In this document: positions 27,672-36,381 of the stretch, in pieces
How positions within the stretch are numbered: the stretch's first letter is position 1
How the letters are laid out: each line of letters opens with the position of its first letter
Origin: Candidatus Magasanikiibacteriota bacterium
GTDB lineage: Bacteria; Patescibacteriota; Patescibacteriia; Magasanikbacterales; UBA922
Assembly: GCA_003482855.1 (NCBI GenBank)
Contig: DMXO01000005.1
Span: 10,736 to 74,735, forward strand
Length of the DNA stretch: 64,000 bases
Reading direction: 5' to 3'
Program-made: the position numbers and the translations under genes
Notes under the pieces: model-generated
Told to the model about the DNA's origin: nothing
What the model saw: only the letters and a program-made list of their open reading frames with translations
Databases searched by the model: none

Positions 27672-28195
27672 GGTCTTTTAAAATTAAGATAAGGATATAG
27701 AAAACTATGTGTTTTGCTGTCCTGTACAGTAAAAGCACATACTCTCCTGTGTCCTTGTATAGATCAAACTTGAGTAGACTTGTTGTAAAGTAATGAACAT
27801 AAAAGTACGTATCAGTTTGTCTATAGTATCTCTTGAAGAGATAGGGCGAGGATATAGAGTTAATACGGATTTGTTTAGTAGTATCTGGTCAAGTACGTAT
27901 TACCCTGTATCTTCACCATAGGAGGACAGGAACGACCCCGAAGAACTTTCGCTACCGCTTTAGTTTTCGGGGCGGGACGAGGATTCAGAATCGTACATAT
28001 TTTAAAAGAGAGACAATGAAATAAATATGTATAATCCTGTATCCACGACAAGCATGGGGGTGTATTATAGGCTAAAACAGGCTACGGCTCGTTTCTGACC
28101 TAGAATACACCTTCTTGGGTACAGTATTTAGGGAATTTTCCCTAATTTATATGCTAAAGCCCTCTACTTTTTATAAAGTAGGGGGTTTTTATTTT
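27672..28195 (+). ncRNA. Candidate large structured non-coding RNA (~520 nt), family not recognised
   Basis: No ORF of 60 aa or more; bounded by a promoter and a terminator; about eight consecutive long helices with G-U pairs favouring the + strand. Confidence 0.6.
28156..28195 (+). terminator. Intrinsic terminator
   Basis: aaagccctctacttt-ttat-aaagtagggggtttt followed by tatttt. Confidence 0.85.
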
Positions 28196-28211
28196 ACGTT
28201 GTGATTTTACC

Positions 28212-28240
28212 TTGACAATGTGGTTATTTTGTGCTATACT
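28212..28240 (+). promoter_or_regulatory. Consensus sigma70 promoter with extended -10
   Basis: TTGACA (28212-17), 17-nt spacer, TATACT (28235-40) preceded by TG. Confidence 0.8.
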
Positions 28241-28532
28241 ATGCTGTTTTAATACAATCAATTTTTGTACTTAAAATAAGTTCATTAAAAATTTTCCAAC
28301 GCGTAAAATAGTGTTTTTATGATAAATATTATTTTTCGCGTTGGAAGAATAACACCCATACAGTGTGGGTGATCTATATAAGGTGGTCTTTGCCAAACCA
28401 TCTATCCAGTCGCTAGTGACTGTTTTTTTAATCAAGTCCTTCTGGTAGAGATTGATCATCTCTACTGGACGCCTGAAATGGTGAAAAATGGGCGGCTTGT
28501 TCGGCAGACGAGTCAACTTTGAGGGGGTTCCC

Positions 28533-29060
28533 TTGAAGCAGATCATCCTAGTGTTGGTGCTGGTGCTCTGCAGCCTGGTGGGCTGCGCGACGACGGGATC
28601 CGTCCGGACGGATGTGGCGAGCCAGGTGACGAATGTCACCAATCATGGCTCGTTCATCAGGATCGGAGCGGAAGAGGGCATCGCGTTCGATCGGTTCAAG
28701 GAAGATCTCAGATCGGAGACTCGTCCGGTTCTCGTCATCTTTGGCGAGAGCTGGTGCCCTGCATGTGGGAACCTCGAAGAGTTCTGGGCAGGCCAGGAGA
28801 TCACAGAGCTCGGGGTCTACACCATCGACCTCAAAGATGGCGGTGTTGCTGAGATGATCACCCAGGGCCTGTACGAGCCGGTCATTCCTCTCGACTGGAA
28901 CGTTATCCCGGTCTGTGTGCTTCTTCTTCCGGGTTCTCCGATCATGGTTGGTCGTGGCGTCTACGATTGTGGAGAAGCCGTGCTCGAGCGCATCCAGTTC
29001 GAGAAGGACCATCCCGAGAGTCCCACCACGCACCCGTCCAGGCCCAAGGTTCGGACCTAG
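28533..29060 (+). CDS. High-GC lipoprotein with thioredoxin-like CxxC domain
   Basis: TTG at 28533 after GAGGGGG; signal KQIILVLVLVLCSLVG-C (lipobox); PVLVIFGESWCPAC; VIP cis-Pro-like motif; sampled lines are 62-70% GC. Confidence 0.75.
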   Translation: MKQIILVLVLVLCSLVGCATTGSVRTDVASQVTNVTNHGSFIRIGAEEGIAFDRFKEDLRSETRPVLVIFGESWCPACGNLEEFWAGQEITELGVYTIDLKDGGVAEMITQGLYEPVIPLDWNVIPVCVLLLPGSPIMVGRGVYDCGEAVLERIQFEKDHPESPTTHPSRPKVRT

Positions 29061-29256
29061 CTTCCCCTTAAGGATCACCGACTACATCGCCCACATTCGT
29101 GGGGGTGCGGTGGACCCTTCCCCGATTGTGACTTCCCTGCGTGGCAGGTGGACTTGTTCTGAGTGATTGAAGCGCCTCGCTTCTCATGCAGACAGTCTGC
29201 CTGCCGGGGACCAATGAAAAAATCACCTTCGTTGAAATTATGGTGAGCAAAGGAGG

Positions 29257-29306
29257 AAAAACAAAAAATCACCTTTCAGCTTCGTTCAAGGTGATTTTTT
29301 GTTTTT
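29257..29306. terminator. Bidirectional terminator between the lipoprotein gene and clpP
   Basis: aaaaacaaaaaatcacctt ... aaggtgattttttgttttt. Confidence 0.8.
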
Positions 29307-29313
29307 ATCGAAT

Positions 29314-29907
29314 TTATGTGATTACTTTGTCGACTATTCCATACGCGACTGATTCTTCTGCACTCATGAAGTAGTCTCTGTCACTATCTTTTTCGATTTC
29401 GGCCATTGGTTTATTTGTATGCTGTTGCAATATATGATTGAGCCTGTCTTTGATTTTGAGGATTCGTTCGGCATGGATTTTTATATCACTTGCTTGACCT
29501 TGGGTGCCACCCATGACTTGATGAATCATAACCTCGCTATTGGGAAGACAAAATCTTTTTCCTTTTGCGCCAGCGGCCAGAAGTACTGATGCCATACTCG
29601 CAGCCATACCTATACAGATGGTAGATACATCTGGTTTTATATATTGCATAGTATCATAAATAGCAAGTCCTGCGGTCACAGATCCACCTGGTGAATTGAC
29701 ATACAGTTTTATATCTTTTTCTGGGTCTTGGTTTGCGAGAAATAACATTTGGGCTATTACAATATTTGCTACATGATCGTCTATTTCAGTACCAAGAAAA
29801 ATAATACGGTCCTTGAGTAATCGCGAATAGATATCATAAGCACGCTCGCCATGAGTAGTTTTTTCTATGACTGTTGGTATGAGGATTTGGGATCTGACGT
29901 CTTTCAT
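29314..29907 (-). CDS. clpP: ATP-dependent Clp protease proteolytic subunit
   Basis: [19 protein letters not shown]; YVNSPGGSV; GMAASM (Ser); MIHQ (His); DRD (Asp). Confidence 0.98.
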   Translation of the reverse strand: MKDVRSQILIPTVIEKTTHGERAYDIYSRLLKDRIIFLGTEIDDHVANIVIAQMLFLANQDPEKDIKLYVNSPGGSVTAGLAIYDTMQYIKPDVSTICIGMAASMASVLLAAGAKGKRFCLPNSEVMIHQVMGGTQGQASDIKIHAERILKIKDRLNHILQQHTNKPMAEIEKDSDRDYFMSAEESVAYGIVDKVIT

Positions 29908-29942
29908 AGTTTAGATTAATTAGTATATACCTATATTGTACC

Positions 29943-30941
29943 TTATTTTCTAGTCTTTTCAAGTGTGGACCAAATATTTTCCAGTGCTTTTTCTATGGGA
30001 CCTTGTATGCTGAACCCCGCGGCTTTTTTGTGTCCACCTCCTCCAAAAGATTGAGCTATTTTTGATACATCTACAGTATCTCGCATGGTGCGCATACTTA
30101 CTTTTATAGTTCCATCCTGTCGTTCTCGCAAAACAAGTGTTGCATTTCCCTCATTGAGATTGTTCATAAGATTGGCGATACCCTCGAGATCTTCCTCATG
30201 GAGTCCGCAGGCGGCGAGATCTTTTTGCGTGACGTATGTGTATACGAAATCAAATGGCTTTTTATATTCGAGTCTATTCAATACCATACCCCAGAGTTTG
30301 AAGGTGGGGAGATTTTTGTCTTGTAATATGTGTTTTCGTATATGGTTGAGCTTGGCACCGTGCCGTATCAGGTTGCTTGCAATTGCAAGTGCATGGCGAG
30401 AAGTGCCTGCATTGGAGAAATTTCCCGTGTCAGTAATCAAGCCAGTGAGTAATGACGTAGCTATAGTATGGTTAATTTCCATTTTATTGAATACGAGATA
30501 TTTATACAAAATTTCAGTCGTTGATGAAGATGTATCAATGACTAAATTGAGATTACCAAATCGCTCGTTGCTCACATGATGATCGATATTTATGATATAG
30601 GTATCGATTTGGTGTTTTATCAATTCATCAATACCTGCATATCTCAGGTCGCCAGAATCACATACAATGATCGCTCCATATGTCTGTTTCCATACAGTCT
30701 CATCACTCGTTATATGCTTGGTATGTGGCAAAAAATGGAATTGGTCTGGAGTAGGTGTAACACAGAACAAGGTATATTTTTTGTTGAGCATAGTAAACAT
30801 CTCTCCGAGGGCGTTGGCAGATCCGAGTGCATCCCCATCGGGATGCTCATGTATGACAACCAAAAAATTGTCCTTTTCAAGGATTTTTTCATGGATAAGT
30901 TTTGCCGTTCGTTGAGGCATATGATATCTATGTTCAAACAT
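29943..30941 (-). CDS. nrnA: DHH/DHHA1 phosphoesterase (NrnA-like nanoRNase/pAp phosphatase)
   Basis: HEHPDGDALGS; IDHH; TDTGNF; GGGGHKKAAG. Confidence 0.88.
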   Translation of the reverse strand: MFEHRYHMPQRTAKLIHEKILEKDNFLVVIHEHPDGDALGSANALGEMFTMLNKKYTLFCVTPTPDQFHFLPHTKHITSDETVWKQTYGAIIVCDSGDLRYAGIDELIKHQIDTYIINIDHHVSNERFGNLNLVIDTSSSTTEILYKYLVFNKMEINHTIATSLLTGLITDTGNFSNAGTSRHALAIASNLIRHGAKLNHIRKHILQDKNLPTFKLWGMVLNRLEYKKPFDFVYTYVTQKDLAACGLHEEDLEGIANLMNNLNEGNATLVLRERQDGTIKVSMRTMRDTVDVSKIAQSFGGGGHKKAAGFSIQGPIEKALENIWSTLEKTRK

Positions 30942-31057
30942 GAAGTTTGAATAGAATTATGTTTTTTGAAGATAAACAAGCTAGCCATTATATAGATAAA
31001 TAAAATAATTGTCAAGGCTCATAGAAACGTGTATACTATATTCGCTTTAGCATATTT

Positions 31058-34000
31058 ATGTACGTAAAAAGTTTAGAAATCAACGGCTTCAAGTCGTTTG
31101 CAACCAATACGATTCTCGAATTCCCGGCTCCCAAGCTCGGGCGTCATAGTATCACCGCAATTGTAGGGCCAAATGGTAGTGGTAAAAGTAATGTATCTGA
31201 CGCTATACGGTGGGTGCTCGGGGAACAGAGTATGAAACACTTGCGTGGTAAAAAGAGCGAAGATATTATCTTTGCTGGGTCAGAAGGCAAAGGCAAAATG
31301 AGCCTCGCGAGTGTAACTATGATTCTCGACAATTCAGACCATCGGGCTCCTGTTGATTATGATGAACTCATAATCGCACGTAGGCTTTATCGTTCAGGAG
31401 AGAGTGAATACCTATTGAATGGACAGCAGGTCAGATTGTTTGATTTACAAATTTTACTAGCTCAAGGACAGTTTGGACAAGGATCTTATTCTGTTATTGG
31501 TCAGGGCACGATTGATCGCCTATTGCTTCAGACTCCGGCAGAACGCAAAAGTTTTTTTGATGAAGCTGTTGGCATAAAAGAATTTCAGATCAAACGCCAT
31601 CACGCTGCTTTGAAATTACAAAAGACGCAAGAAAATATTTCGCAGGCAGAAACATTGCTTCAAGAAATAGAACCCCGACTCAAATCACTGAAGAGACAAG
31701 TGCATAAACTTGAGAAGCGCCAGGAAGTGGAAATACACCTCCGTGAATTACAGGAACAATATTACGTTACTTTACATATCAATCTTTCAGACAATATAGG
31801 CACGCTTCAGACTGATTTTGATAGTGTCAATATTGTATATAATGGAGCACATAGACGTCTGACTGCTATTCAAGAAGAACTCGCAACGCTCGCACAAGAA
31901 AAATCGCGTCGAGAAGTATTTGAAGAATTGCAACGAGAGCTGTCTCATTTACAACAGGAAAAGAATACCCTCGACCGTGATCATGCCATTGTAGTAGGCA
32001 AATTGCAAACTGAATTTAGTAAGGCAGGGAAACAAAATGTTTCGTGGCTTGAAAATAAAGTAGGGGAATTTGAATCCAAAGAAAAGGAATTAAAAGAAGA
32101 AATGGAACTAGAGAAAAATAAACAGACAAAGAGTGAAACCGAGATAAAAAATCTTGCGGATATACTGGAAGAATTACAAAATAAGAAAATTGTCTTGCAC
32201 AACAAACAAATAATGTGTGAACAGCAATTGCAAGAATTGAGGCAGGGGAGAGATGAAGTGCAATTTGAGGGTTTGCGCGCAGTCAATGCTATATTACAGC
32301 ATGCGCAAGAATTTGGCGGGAATGTATATGGAGTCGTAGCCCAGCTTGCACGTGTGGATGAAAAATATCGTCTCGCGCTCGAAGTCGCAGCACAAGCACA
32401 TCTAGCCTCTATCGTTGTAGAGCATGATAATGTAGGTCAGCGATGTATTGAATTTTTGAAAAAACAGCAACTTGGATTTGCAACATTTTTGCCTCTCAAT
32501 ACTATCAAGTCACGCATCATACCAAGCGATATTGTGGAGTTGACAGGACGCAAAGGAGTATATGGACTTGCATCTCAATTGGTAGATTATGATGCTATGT
32601 TTGATCATGTCTTCTCATACATATTTGGTTCAACACTTATTGTTGAGGATATCAATGTAGCGCGAGAGATTGGTATTGGTCGTGTGCGCATGGTTACGCT
32701 TGAGGGAGATGTGCTCGAAACAAGTGGTTCGATGAAAGGCGGTTTTCGTCACAAACGTCGTGGTGTATTGTCCTTTGCCCGTGGTGCGCAACAATTTTCT
32801 GAACATGCTATAGAAAAGTTGGAAGAAGAATTAGTATATACCAAAGGAGAAAAAGATAAACTTGAAATTGAAATTGAAAATAAAAAAGGAATACTCTCGG
32901 ATTTGAGGACTACATCACAGGTCATAGGAGAGAAAGTGGGGATGATTGGCGGACGTCTTAATGATATTGTCAGCGAGTTGTCGCGGCTTAAGCAGGAGCT
33001 TTCGGTATATTCGTTGTCAAAAGGAGAATATAGCGACATGATGGCGGAGTTTGCACAAGAAAAAGAAGATATTGCAAAGCATATCCGTGCCATTGAAAAA
33101 AATATTATAGATGTTCGTCACAAAGTGGATGCACTGAACGATGAGGAAGAAAAAAAGCGTGAGCGTATTTTTTCTTTGCAAGATGAAATGCAAAAAGAAC
33201 AGACAGAATTGAATAACGTAGGTGACAAGAGACATATATTACAAGTCGAAATAACTAAATTACAAACACATCAGGAAGATTTGGAACAAGAAATATTCGG
33301 TGAATTACGTGAAGGCGTGGGAGCTCTCATGGAAAAAGGCTGGACTCGCATAGATGAAGGTAATTTGGAAGAGACAAAGATAGAGATTGAAAAACTCAAA
33401 TACCAGCTGAGCCTTATCGGAGGCATAGACGAGGAAGTGATGGGTGAATATGAAGAGACGAAAGAGCGCTATGAATTTTTATCTACTGAATTAGACGACC
33501 TGCATAAAGCATCTCTTGATTTGGAAAAAATGATTGCTGAGCTCGACAAGCTTATGAAAAAGAAACACGCTGAAAGTTTCAAAAAAATTAAGAAAGAATT
33601 TGCACGTTATTTCAAATTATTGTTTGAGGGTGGTGAGGCAGAACTTGTTGAGCTGTATGATTTTGAAAAAGATGCAAGTACATTGTCTGCAGATGAAAAC
33701 GATGATGTGGGTGTGACAGAAGAACAGCCTGTTGATACAGGTGATGAAGTCGTGTCTGATACAAAACGCCGAAAGAAAATATTGCAAGGGGTTGAAGTAT
33801 ACGCATGTCCTCCGGGAAAGAAGATCAAAAATATTACAGCGCTTTCTGGTGGAGAACGTACGATGACATCTATTGCATTGCTGTGCGCGATTTTGCATAC
33901 CAATCCGTCCCCATTTGTTTTGTTGGATGAAGTAGAGGCAGCGCTTGACGAAGCGAATACACTTCGTTTTACCAAAATTTTAAATGAGCTCGCGGAGCAG

Positions 34001-34123
34001 TCGCAATTTATCATTATCACACACAATAGAGTGACTATGCATGCAGTAGACGTATTGTATGGAGTGACTATGGGGAATGATGGGATGAGTAAACTCGTCA
34101 GTGTCAAATTGGATAGAGAATAA
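31058..34123 (+). CDS. smc: Chromosome segregation protein SMC (short-armed)
   Basis: GFKSF; Walker A GPNGSGKSN; hinge (GNVYGVVAQL, ATFLPL, VTLEGD); LSGGE; LLDEVEAALD; ITH. Confidence 0.96.
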   Translation: MYVKSLEINGFKSFATNTILEFPAPKLGRHSITAIVGPNGSGKSNVSDAIRWVLGEQSMKHLRGKKSEDIIFAGSEGKGKMSLASVTMILDNSDHRAPVDYDELIIARRLYRSGESEYLLNGQQVRLFDLQILLAQGQFGQGSYSVIGQGTIDRLLLQTPAERKSFFDEAVGIKEFQIKRHHAALKLQKTQENISQAETLLQEIEPRLKSLKRQVHKLEKRQEVEIHLRELQEQYYVTLHINLSDNIGTLQTDFDSVNIVYNGAHRRLTAIQEELATLAQEKSRREVFEELQRELSHLQQEKNTLDRDHAIVVGKLQTEFSKAGKQNVSWLENKVGEFESKEKELKEEMELEKNKQTKSETEIKNLADILEELQNKKIVLHNKQIMCEQQLQELRQGRDEVQFEGLRAVNAILQHAQEFGGNVYGVVAQLARVDEKYRLALEVAAQAHLASIVVEHDNVGQRCIEFLKKQQLGFATFLPLNTIKSRIIPSDIVELTGRKGVYGLASQLVDYDAMFDHVFSYIFGSTLIVEDINVAREIGIGRVRMVTLEGDVLETSGSMKGGFRHKRRGVLSFARGAQQFSEHAIEKLEEELVYTKGEKDKLEIEIENKKGILSDLRTTSQVIGEKVGMIGGRLNDIVSELSRLKQELSVYSLSKGEYSDMMAEFAQEKEDIAKHIRAIEKNIIDVRHKVDALNDEEEKKRERIFSLQDEMQKEQTELNNVGDKRHILQVEITKLQTHQEDLEQEIFGELREGVGALMEKGWTRIDEGNLEETKIEIEKLKYQLSLIGGIDEEVMGEYEETKERYEFLSTELDDLHKASLDLEKMIAELDKLMKKKHAESFKKIKKEFARYFKLLFEGGEAELVELYDFEKDASTLSADENDDVGVTEEQPVDTGDEVVSDTKRRKKILQGVEVYACPPGKKIKNITALSGGERTMTSIALLCAILHTNPSPFVLLDEVEAALDEANTLRFTKILNELAEQSQFIIITHNRVTMHAVDVLYGVTMGNDGMSKLVSVKLDRE

Positions 34124-34147
34124 ACTAAGATGGAGATAAGAAATATA

Positions 34148-34168
34148 GGCCGCCCAGTAGGCGGTTTT
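34148..34168 (+). terminator. Terminator after smc
   Basis: ggccgcc-cagta-ggcggtttt. Confidence 0.6.
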
Positions 34169-34177
34169 GGCTTACTA

Positions 34178-34206
34178 TTGACAATTTTTTTTAGATTTGA
34201 TACACT
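34178..34206 (+). promoter_or_regulatory. rpsP promoter
   Basis: TTGACA-17 nt-TACACT. Confidence 0.7.
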
Positions 34207-34291
34207 TTCTGCGTTCTACTAAAACCGTCCGCACCGGGACATCTAACCGGTACGCTCTCAAACCGTTTTAGTCAGACTAATTACAAATATT

Positions 34292-34756
34292 ATGTTAATG
34301 ATTCGTTTACAACGAATAGGTAAGAGAAAACAGCCTACATATCGTCTTATTGTCAATGAAAAGGGCCGTGATACCCAAGCAAAGAGTTTGGAAATTTTGG
34401 GTCATTATAGTCCTACTGAAAATCCAAAAGTTATTCAGTTTGATGCAGAGCGTATCAAATATTGGATTTCAAAAGGCGCACAAGCATCAGGAACTGTAAA
34501 TAATTTGCTTATTAAACTTGGTATCATAGAAGGAAAGAAAATGAAGTCAGTGACTATTACCAATAAACGCAGAGCAAAAATGGGTGCGAAAAAGGCAGAG
34601 GCAGAAGCAAAGATGAAAGAAGTGGAACAAGCTGCAGCACAGGCAAAGGCAGCCGCAGAGGAAGCTGCAAAAGCTGCGGCACAAGCTGAAGCTGAAAAGC
34701 CTGTGGAAGAAGTCAAGGTAGAAGAAGCTCCTGCAGAAGAAAAAAAGGAAGTTTAA
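34292..34756 (+). CDS. rpsP: 30S ribosomal protein S16 with Ala/Glu-rich tail
   Basis: MLMIRLQRIGKRKQPTYRLIV; E.LGHY.P; YWISKGAQ.S.TV. Confidence 0.96.
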   Translation: MLMIRLQRIGKRKQPTYRLIVNEKGRDTQAKSLEILGHYSPTENPKVIQFDAERIKYWISKGAQASGTVNNLLIKLGIIEGKKMKSVTITNKRRAKMGAKKAEAEAKMKEVEQAAAQAKAAAEEAAKAAAQAEAEKPVEEVKVEEAPAEEKKEV

Positions 34757-34771
34757 TAACTCAAATATCTA

Positions 34772-34799
34772 AAAATCCGTCATTACAATGGCGGATTTT
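34772..34799 (+). terminator. Terminator after rpsP
   Basis: aaaatccgtcatt-ac-aatggcggatttt. Confidence 0.7.
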
Positions 34800-34814
34800 G
34801 TTTATAAACCACCC

Positions 34815-34843
34815 TTGACGTGCTCATACGTGTGTGTTATAAT
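34815..34843 (+). promoter_or_regulatory. khpA promoter
   Basis: TTGACG-17 nt-TATAAT with TG extension. Confidence 0.7.
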
Positions 34844-34962
34844 TTTTTCGCGATTGAACAATCTGCCACATGCTTGCCTGTGCAGGCAGGTAGATCCGGC
34901 TTTGTCGAGAGCCATTCGTTCTTTCACATGTTTATTTATCTATTGTAATTATCAGAAACGAT

Positions 34963-35283
34963 ATGGAACAAGATCAACAGTTTCTTGAGTTCGTCATAAG
35001 GGCGATTGTGAATAACCCAGACAAGGTAAAAGTAACCCGCACCGTAGATGAGCGTGGTGTGCTTATGACCTTGGATGTAGAACCTAGTGATATTGGGTAC
35101 GTTATTGGTCGTCGTGGTAACACAGTACGCGCTATCCGTACTCTCTTGAAAGTTGTCGGCGCAAAGAATAACGCGCTTGTAAATTTGAAAATCAATGAAC
35201 CAGAAGGTGGACGTCGTGAAAGACCAGTTGTCTCTTCACACCAAGACGTTGACACAAGTGCAATTGATAATCTCGACATTTAG
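34963..35283 (+). CDS. khpA: KH-domain RNA-binding protein KhpA (YlqC)
   Basis: FLEFVIRAIV.NPD.V; D.GYVIGRRG.T.RAIRTLL (GxxG loop); canonical position after rpsP. Confidence 0.88.
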   Translation: MEQDQQFLEFVIRAIVNNPDKVKVTRTVDERGVLMTLDVEPSDIGYVIGRRGNTVRAIRTLLKVVGAKNNALVNLKINEPEGGRRERPVVSSHQDVDTSAIDNLDI

Positions 35284-35300
35284 TCTATTGCATATTTTAC

Positions 35301-35326
35301 AAAGCCCCATCTAAGATGGGGCTTTT
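35301..35326 (+). terminator. Terminator after khpA
   Basis: aaagccccatc-taa-gatggggctttt. Confidence 0.8.
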
Positions 35327-35411
35327 GATATGAAAGAAAAAACGGATTTTTTGACAGATATTTATCTTGACGTGTGAATTTTTTTATTGTATAGTATGCG
35401 GGCTTTTGCAA

Positions 35412-35485
35412 GGACTCATAGCTCAGTTGGTTAGAGCGCCACATTGACATTGTGGAGGTCAGAAGTTCGACTCTTCTTGGGTCCA
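35412..35485 (+). tRNA. tRNA-Val(GAC)
   Basis: TAGCTCAGTTGGTTAGAGC D-arm; CCACA-TTGACAT-TGTGG anticodon arm; GTTCGAC; promoter TTGACG-17-TATAGT at 35367-35395. Confidence 0.95.
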
Positions 35486-35553
35486 CTAGGATAAAAAATA
35501 AGTATACACTTGAAAAAATATTTATATTTGTGTATAGTATTTCCGTTTTAAAT

Positions 35554-35627
35554 GGGCGCGTAGCTCAGTTGGTTAGAGCGCAACACTGATAATGTTGAGG
35601 TCCCCGGTTCGATTCCAGGCGCGCCCA
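35554..35627 (+). tRNA. tRNA-Ile(GAU)
   Basis: GGGCGCG acceptor stem; CAACA-CTGATAA-TGTTG anticodon arm; GGTTCGATTCC. Confidence 0.95.
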
Positions 35628-35721
35628 CTAAAAAGGTCATAAAAAAGGACCTTTTTAATTTGCATTTTGTTTATATTTACGATATAATTTGTGTGTATTA
35701 AAAAAGTTATAAACATATCTA

Positions 35722-36372
35722 TTGTCTATGAAAGAGAAGGTTCCAAATCAAGAAAACGAAGATGTACAAGACAACAGTAATGACGAAGTACATGAGAAAG
35801 GTTTTTTGAGTAAAGCTGCTTTATTTTTTTTGGAAATTATCAAAATTGTAATTTTGGCAGGTATTACTATAGGTCTGGTGCGTTATTTTTTGTTCAAACC
35901 TTTTTACGTCAAAGGTCAGTCCATGGAGCCAGCATTTTATGAAAAAGATTATTTGATTATTGATGAAATTACGTATCGTTTTCGTGAGCCAGAACGTGGA
36001 GAAGTCATCGTCATCAATTCACCAGTGAACAGTGATCATTATTTGAAACGTATCATTGGTTTACCTGGAGAGCGAATAAAGATAGAGGACAATAAAGTGG
36101 TTGTGTATAATGATGAAAATCCTCGTGGTATGGTTTTACAAGAAATATATTTGGAAGAGGAAACACCCGGTTCTATTAGTATGACCCTTGGTGACAAACA
36201 ATACTTTGTATTGGGTGATAATCGTGATGCGAGCTATGATTCTCGTAGATTTGGTGCCATTGAACGAGGAGAAGTTATTGGTAGAGTGTGGTTTCGCGGT
36301 TGGCCATTTAGTCGTATCTCAACGTTTGACGTTCCTCAATATAATTTAACATCAGATAATAATGACATCTAA
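35722..36372 (+). CDS. lepB: Signal peptidase I
   Basis: TM; VKGQSMEP (Ser); YLKRIIGLPGE (Lys); YFVLGDNR..S.DSR.FG. Confidence 0.95.
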   Translation: MSMKEKVPNQENEDVQDNSNDEVHEKGFLSKAALFFLEIIKIVILAGITIGLVRYFLFKPFYVKGQSMEPAFYEKDYLIIDEITYRFREPERGEVIVINSPVNSDHYLKRIIGLPGERIKIEDNKVVVYNDENPRGMVLQEIYLEEETPGSISMTLGDKQYFVLGDNRDASYDSRRFGAIERGEVIGRVWFRGWPFSRISTFDVPQYNLTSDNNDI

Positions 36373-36381
36373 TATTTTCGT

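Noticed and set aside
27672-28195. tmRNA, RNase P RNA, SRP RNA, 6S RNA or a self-splicing intron as the identity of the structured region
   Set aside because: I found no tRNA-like ends, no GAGGAAAGUCC-type P4 motif and no SRP loop motif; it is too long for 6S and does not interrupt a gene. This was judged by eye, so an Rfam scan is still needed.
28548-29078. 176-aa minus-strand ORF and other overlapping frames in the GC-rich island
   Set aside because: High GC suppresses stop codons; the + frame has a lipobox, CxxC, SD and promoter.
35280-35486. 68-aa minus-strand ORF
   Set aside because: Antisense shadow of tRNA-Val and a terminator.
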